Position numbers and translations under genes: made by a program
Source: the human T2T-CHM13v2.0 reference genome, Homo sapiens
Strand: one strand, 5' to 3'
Length of the DNA: 64,000 nt
NCBI RefSeq assembly: GCF_009914755.1
Contig: NC_060947.1
Shown here: positions 58,140 through 64,000 of the stretch, piece by piece
Numbering within the stretch: position 1 is the stretch's first letter
Layout of the letters: each line of letters opens with the position of its first letter
The notes under the pieces: model-generated
What the model was told of the DNA's origin: nothing
Database searches by the model: none
Seen by the model: the letters and a program-made list of their open reading frames with translations, nothing else

Positions 58140-59480
58140 AACATACTTTAGAAAACTTTTAGATTCACAGTAAAATTCAGATGAAAGTACAGAGAATTCT
58201 CACCTACCCCCAGCACCCACACATGCACAGCCTCCTCTACTATCAACATCCTCCAGCACAGTAGTGAATTTGTTGTAATCAATGACCTTCCATGGACACA
58301 TCATTACTACCCAGACTCCATAGTTTACATGAGGGTTCACTTTTAATGATGTACATTCTATAGGTTTGGGCAAATGTATCATGACATTGGATCCACCACT
58401 GGAGTATAATGCAGAGTAGATTCACTGCCCTAAACATCCTCTGTTCTCTGCATATTCATCCCTCCCCCTAACTACAGCTCTTTTTACTCTCTCCATAGTT
58501 TTGCCCTGTCCAAAGTGTCATACAGCTGGGCTCATACACTACGTAAGCTTTTCCAATTGGCTCATTCACTTAGTCATATGTATTTAAGTTTGCTCCATGT
58601 TTTTTCATGGCTTGATAGCTTATTTTTTTTTTAGTGTTGAACAATATTTCATTTTTGGTTGTATCACAGTTCATTTACGTATTCACCTACTGATATGGAC
58701 TGAATGTTAGTGTCCCTCTAAAAATTCCTGTGTCAAAATCGAACCCCCAAGGGATGATGTTAGGAGGTTGGAGTTTTGGGGAGGTGATGAGGTCATGAGG
58801 GTGGAACCTCATGAAAGAGATTCGTGCACTTAGATGCAGCAAGAAGGAGCCATCTATGAACCAGGAAGTGCCCTCACCAGATGCAGAATGTGCCATGACT
58901 TGATCTTGGACTTCCAGCCTCCAGGACTGTGAGCAATAAATTTATGTTGTTTAAATGCCAGCAAATCTATGAGTTTTGTCATTGGTATATCAGGTTGAAT
59001 GGATTAAGACACTTATAGAAAGACATCTTGGTTGCTTCTACTTCTTAGAATTATGAATAAATCTGCCACAAACATCCATGTGTGGATTTTTGTGTGGATA
59101 TAAATTTCAACTCCTTTGAATAAATACCATGGAAATTGAGATTGCTGGATCGTAGGATAAGAGTATATTTATTTTTAAAAGAGTATGTTTCGTTTTATAA
59201 GAAATTGTATTCCAAAGTGGCTGTTCCATTTTGCATTCCCACCATCAATGAATGAAAGTTCCTGTTGCTCCACATCCTCACTAGCATTTGGTACTGTTGG
59301 TGTTCTGCATTTTGCCCATTCTAGCAAGTGTGGTATGTAGTGGTTTCCTGTTGTTTTAATTTGCACTTTCCTGACAACCTGTTATATAGAGTCTCTTTTC
59401 ATAGGCTTATTTGCCATCTACATATCTTCTTTGGTGAGGTGTCTGTTATGACCTTGAGCCCATTTTAAAGTCAGGATATT
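58140..59480 (-). mobile_element. L1MC1-like 3' region
   Basis: gacacatcattactacccagactccatagtttacatgagggttcact; ttgcattcccaccatcaatgaatg; preceded by (TG)n. Confidence 0.8.
58691..59011 (+). mobile_element. MLT1A0 LTR, internally deleted
   Basis: tgatatggactgaatg...catctatgaaccaggaagtgccctcaccaga...gattaagaca; TSD-like cctac / cttat. Confidence 0.8.
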
Positions 59481-59889
59481 GTTGCTTTTTAAGACAGAAT
59501 ATTGATCCTTTCCACCTCCCACCCCTAGCTCCTCTACATTCAGAGATGGCAACTCTCAGGTAAGCCACTGGGTAAGAGGTACAAGGAGGCTTTTGGTAGC
59601 TCAGAAGGTCCTAGGAGGTGAGTTCAGGATCTCGGCTGCTGGCTGGGTTGAGGGAGGCAGTACTCCAGCGTTCACGCAACTGGTGAGCTGAGGGATTCAC
59701 CACATTAATCCAGAACATTAATTGAAAAATAATCTAGTAATGGGATAAGAAGAGCTTTCACAGAAAACTGCAGCCCTGCATGAGGGAATGCCTGTCAGTA
59801 CCAGAAAATACACCCCTGAGAATGAATCTAAAAAACCTCCACTCCAACAAGCAGAAAGAAGAGCTAAGACAAAGACACATACCCGGTCT

Positions 59890-62150
59890 CTTGGCACAGA
59901 TCAGGCCTAGATAAGTCTCTCTTTATTCAAATGATAAAGAAAAAAGTGAAAAAGCAACACGGATCTAGGAAAAGAAGACAGTAAAAACAAGGGAATACAA
60001 CATCAACCTGGAGGCTGAGAAGGACTCTCTCACACCAAGATGTAATTGGCATTTTTCGTTTTCTGAAGTAAAATGATAAAGGGAAAAAAAAATCCTTCAA
60101 GCATTCAGGCAGGAAAAAAAAGTGAGAAGAAGAAAAACAGGTTACCTGCAAGAAGTCAGAATTATGTGGTACTCATATATGTCATACAGAATCCTGAATT
60201 TGAAATGTCTTTTTTCTTTTAAAGTAGAAAAGTTAGTGACAAAAGAATTTTATGCCCAACCGGGAAGTCTATCATAAGTAGAAGCAAGAGGAAAACCATT
60301 ATCGAATATCTAAGGATTCATTTTTTATAACCAAATAGACTTCTCAAAAATAAAATCTGTCTCAATTCATCAAGAGGAGAAACACAAAGAAAAATTTAAG
60401 AATGCAAAAGTTAAGAGATACGAAGCCTAGGGGTTACTACTGTAGCCAAATTAGCACAGTGTTTTGCACAAAAAAGAATTTTAAGTGTAGTTATCAAAAT
60501 AAAGTAGATGCCAAAAATTGTTGAAAAAGAGTGTAAATATTGTAACTTAACTAAATAAAATATACTTTAAGTTTAAAATCCCATATTGCAACCACCCAAT
60601 GGGTTCTCCTTGCCCGCTGCCTAGACAAGAGCCAATTTATCAAGACAGGGCAATTGCAATAGAGCAAGAGTTTAATTCACACAGAGCCGGCTGTACAGGA
60701 GACTGGAGTTTTATTATTACTCAAATCAGTCTCCCTAAAAAGTTGGGAATCAAGGCTTTTATGGGTAATTTGGTGGGTAGGGGGTTGGAAAGTGGGAAGT
60801 GCTAATTGGTCAGGTCTGAGGTGAAATCATAGTGAATCGAAGCTGTCTTCTTGTGCTGAGTCAGTTCCTGGGTGGGGGCCACAAGATCAAATGAGCCAGT
60901 TTATTGATCTGGGTGGTTGCAGCCGATCTATCAAGTGCAGGGTCTGCAAAATATCTCAAGCACTGATCTTAGGTCTGACAATAGTGATGTTATTCCCAGA
61001 AGCAATTTGGGGAGGTTCAGAATCTTGCAGCTTCCAGCTGTATGACTCCTAAACCATAATTTCTAATCTTGTGGCTAATTTGTTAGCCTTGAAAAGGCAG
61101 TCTAGTCCCCAGGTAAGAAAGGGGTTTGTCTTAGGCAAAAGCTGTGACTGACTTTGTTTCAAAGTTAAACTACAAACTAAGTTCCTCCCAAAGTTAGTTT
61201 GGCTTATGTGCAGGAATGAACGAGGACAGCTTGGAGGTCAGAAGCAAGATGGACTCAGTTAGGTCAGATCCCTTTCACTGTCATAATTTTCTCAGTTATA
61301 ATTTTTGCAAAGACAGTTTCAGTATTCTATTTGGAAAAATACAAGTTAATGAGACAAATTATCCTCACTGCATATAGTGAGAATTAAAAGATACCATGTC
61401 ATTCATCATATTGAACAATTTAGATGTTAAGAAGAATGAAAATAATCAATATGTATTGAACAGTTACTAGGTGCCAGTCATTTTCAGCATTTTACCTGTA
61501 GATTTGCAATATGGGTTCAATAACCTTCTTGAAATAGTAAAAGAGAACAAGTACATTTTACAAAGCAGAATCTGCTTTCTAATCTTTGGAAAAGACCCAA
61601 ACAAGCAAGACATAATCATATGGCAAAAGACAGAAAACAAAGGAACTAGCAAGGCAGCTTTAAAATCACTCATTAGGCAAGGAGACAGAAGTGAAGCCAA
61701 TCATATATTTTATTCTGTTGGAAAAGGTAAAGGTTAAACTCCCACCTAAACAGACAAAGACTCTCAAAATGTGCTAAAAAGAAAACCAACAAAAACAAAT
61801 ACAAATATTTGGAGGAAAATAACAGGCCAAAAACTGCTCTTTATCCCCTCTGCCCCTACTTAACAAAACCTATAGAAACTGGAAAAAAAGAATACCAAAG
61901 AAAAGAGAAAAGAGGGAATAAAAACAATTGCCATCCTCAGACTGGCAAATGGCACCAAGAAATGCAACCAACATAACACCAAAGAAGTTCTGTTTAGAGC
62001 ATATTGGCCCAAATTAAAGAGGTCACCCAGAAGCAGCTCAACAACTCCTCCTTTTGAAAGATGGGTGTAATTTTGGAGAAAGCAAATGGAAGATAATCTG
62101 GAAAACTCAAATAGCATCCTCTACTTTGGACCTACAAAGGACAAGGTTGG
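59890..62150 (+). mobile_element. Highly decayed HAL1/L1M-like A-rich remnants
   Basis: A-rich strand bias; aagaattttatgcccaac; ttaaactcccacctaaacagacaaagactctcaaa resemble L1 ORF1/ORF2-start DNA. Confidence 0.4.
60587..61321 (-). mobile_element. LTR8A ERV1 solo LTR
   Basis: Reverse complement begins tgaaactgtctttgcaaaaattataactgagaaaattatgacagtgaaag; TSD-like atat / gtat. Confidence 0.85.
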
Positions 62151-62989
62151 GGACAGTTCACAAGAAGTGGGAAAGCCTCCCTATGAGTGGGACGCCAAGG
62201 CAATGTGGTAAACAAAAAACAAAAAGTTGGCCACTACCACTACTTGCAATTTTTCTCTAAACTGGCATGTTAACGGCAATCTCAGAGTCTTCCATTTGGG
62301 GTAAAGGAGAAGGATGGGATGGCTGGGAATTCCTGAATCTTGAAGCACAAGAGCTAACTGTGAAAGAGATAGGATGGATATATTTGAAGCTATTTTCAGA
62401 GCTGTAGGATTATAGCAGAAGGACAACCCAATAGAGAAGCTAAGCCCTTCCGGGGAGTAACTGCCCCAGAAGCCAGGATACACTCCCTACTTAGCTAGGC
62501 ATGGAACCCATAGGGTTCTGCCTTGGGGCAAAATGCTTGTCCTTCTGCCCCTCAGCTGCCTAGAATTGTACTACTCAGCTGCTGCCCAAATTCTGAATAT
62601 GCTGTGGAGGCCCTTCTGCACATTCCTAATGGTTAATTCTAGCACAAACCGGAGCTGAATCAAGATCTGCCTTAGAATAAATAATTTACTGTCATCTCAG
62701 ACTGCCTGCTCATGTCACTCTCTCTCTCTCTCTGACATACACACACACACACACACACTTCACCCAGTTAACTAAACATGATCAAGGCTTAGCTTAGTAT
62801 TTAGATAACAAGCTATTAAAAATGGCCACTCACAAGCATGTTAAAAAATGTTATAAATAGTAAGTTAGGGTAAAAAGAAATGCAAGACTACATTTTCACT
62901 GTACCAATTTTATTTAAAAAGTTTCTTTCTAATGAACACATATACTTATGAAGTTTATATCTAATGTACACATTTATTTACAATTATAA

Positions 62990-63372
62990 TGTAGGTAGGT
63001 AGATGGATGGATGAAGAAAGGATGAATGGATGGATGGGATGGATGGATGGGATGGACGGATGGACAAATGCATGAATAAGTAGGTGGATAGATGGGAAGA
63101 TCGGTGGGTAAATAGATGTTTGAGTGAATAAATGGATGGATGGGTGGATAAATGGATGGATGGATAAATAGATGGACGAATGAATGGAAGATAGATGGAT
63201 AGATCATAGATGGATGAATGAAGGCACAAATGAATGAATGAATAGGTGGATAGATAGCTAAATGGCTGGCTGGATGGATGGACAAAGTAATAGATGAATA
63301 GGTAGACGTGAGGCTGAGTGGGTGAATGGATGAATGGTTGGATGGACGGATGTATGGATGAATGGATGGATA
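62990..63372. repeat. (GGAT/TGAA)n simple repeat
   Basis: Degenerate atggatggatgg tract. Confidence 0.9.
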
Positions 63373-63464
63373 GAGAAAAGTTTATAGAAATAGATACATG
63401 GATAGTCTGACTGACAGCTATTTGGATAAGTTGGTCTTTGAACTCACTCATCAAAAAGAATCTA

Positions 63465-63630
63465 ACATTTACAGCTCTGTGATCTGGGACAGATGACATA
63501 ACTTCTCTGAGCTTTAGTTCCTCATCTGTACAGCAGGAATAATAACATATATTCAGTCTACTTCTTGCAAAGATCAAATAGCTATTATTTTCCATGAGCC
63601 TGACCCATAAGAGTTGTTAAAAAATTGATG
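63465..63630. mobile_element. MIR
   Basis: aacttctctgagctttagttcctcatctgtacagcaggaataataac. Confidence 0.75.
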
Positions 63631-64000
63631 GTTTCCTTCCAATTTAAAATTACATTACCTCATAAAGACATTCTTTAAAAATAAGCAGCACTAAATGTTG
63701 TACTATTTGGGGGCAAATGAAAATCAAATCCCAAACTGAAAATATGTGTGTCCTATAATTGTACATTACATTTTAAGAAAAACTAGGATGACCAAGAGTA
63801 TTATATAACTGTACTCCTTAAAGGAATAAAAACAGATACACAGAGAGTTAGACCGTGAACAGATCTACATGATCTTTTTGTCTATAAGGTAAGGGCAGGA
63901 AAGGAAACAAACAGGAAAAGCGAGAGTTTAATTTTTAATCTATCAAAATGACCCAATATGAGTGAAATAATATGTGCTCTCTTCTGAATGGAGATGCAAT

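Noticed and set aside
62984-63595. Longest ORF in the track (203 aa, minus strand)
   Set aside because: Translation of a MIR plus the (GGAT)n repeat, giving HPSI-type repeats; not a protein

Overview
Primate (human-like) genomic DNA, roughly 40% GC by eye, dominated by interspersed repeats: Alu J/S, MaLR and ERV1 solo LTRs, old L1M/L2/MIR, and hAT and TcMar DNA transposons. No ORF in the supplied track looks like a real protein; they fall in Alus, LTRs, simple repeats or appear to be chance ORFs. The only gene-like signal is a minus-strand TATA promoter (TATAAAAAG, 8097-8089) with a ~300-nt candidate first exon that ends ATG...MDSLTCFR|gtaggt at 7761. I cannot name the gene. The most unusual structures are mutational. 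(1) Two TA-rich microsatellites (10.0-10.3 kb and 45.7-46.8 kb) each contain a ~100-bp copy of unique sequence from 1.7-2.8 kb away, and one is a chimera of an upstream and a downstream donor. (2) A THE1A copy (49.6-50.9 kb) looks L1-mobilised: it is cut at its poly(A) site, carries a second tail with extra 3' sequence, and has a 15-bp TSD at a TT/AAAA site. (3) Two perfect short hairpins appear to have overwritten repeat consensus sequence. (4) A three-level LTR nest contains a MER41B that retains tandem GAS motifs. Repeat subfamily names come from recalled consensus sequences and need RepeatMasker/Dfam confirmation; boundaries without a stated TSD are approximate.
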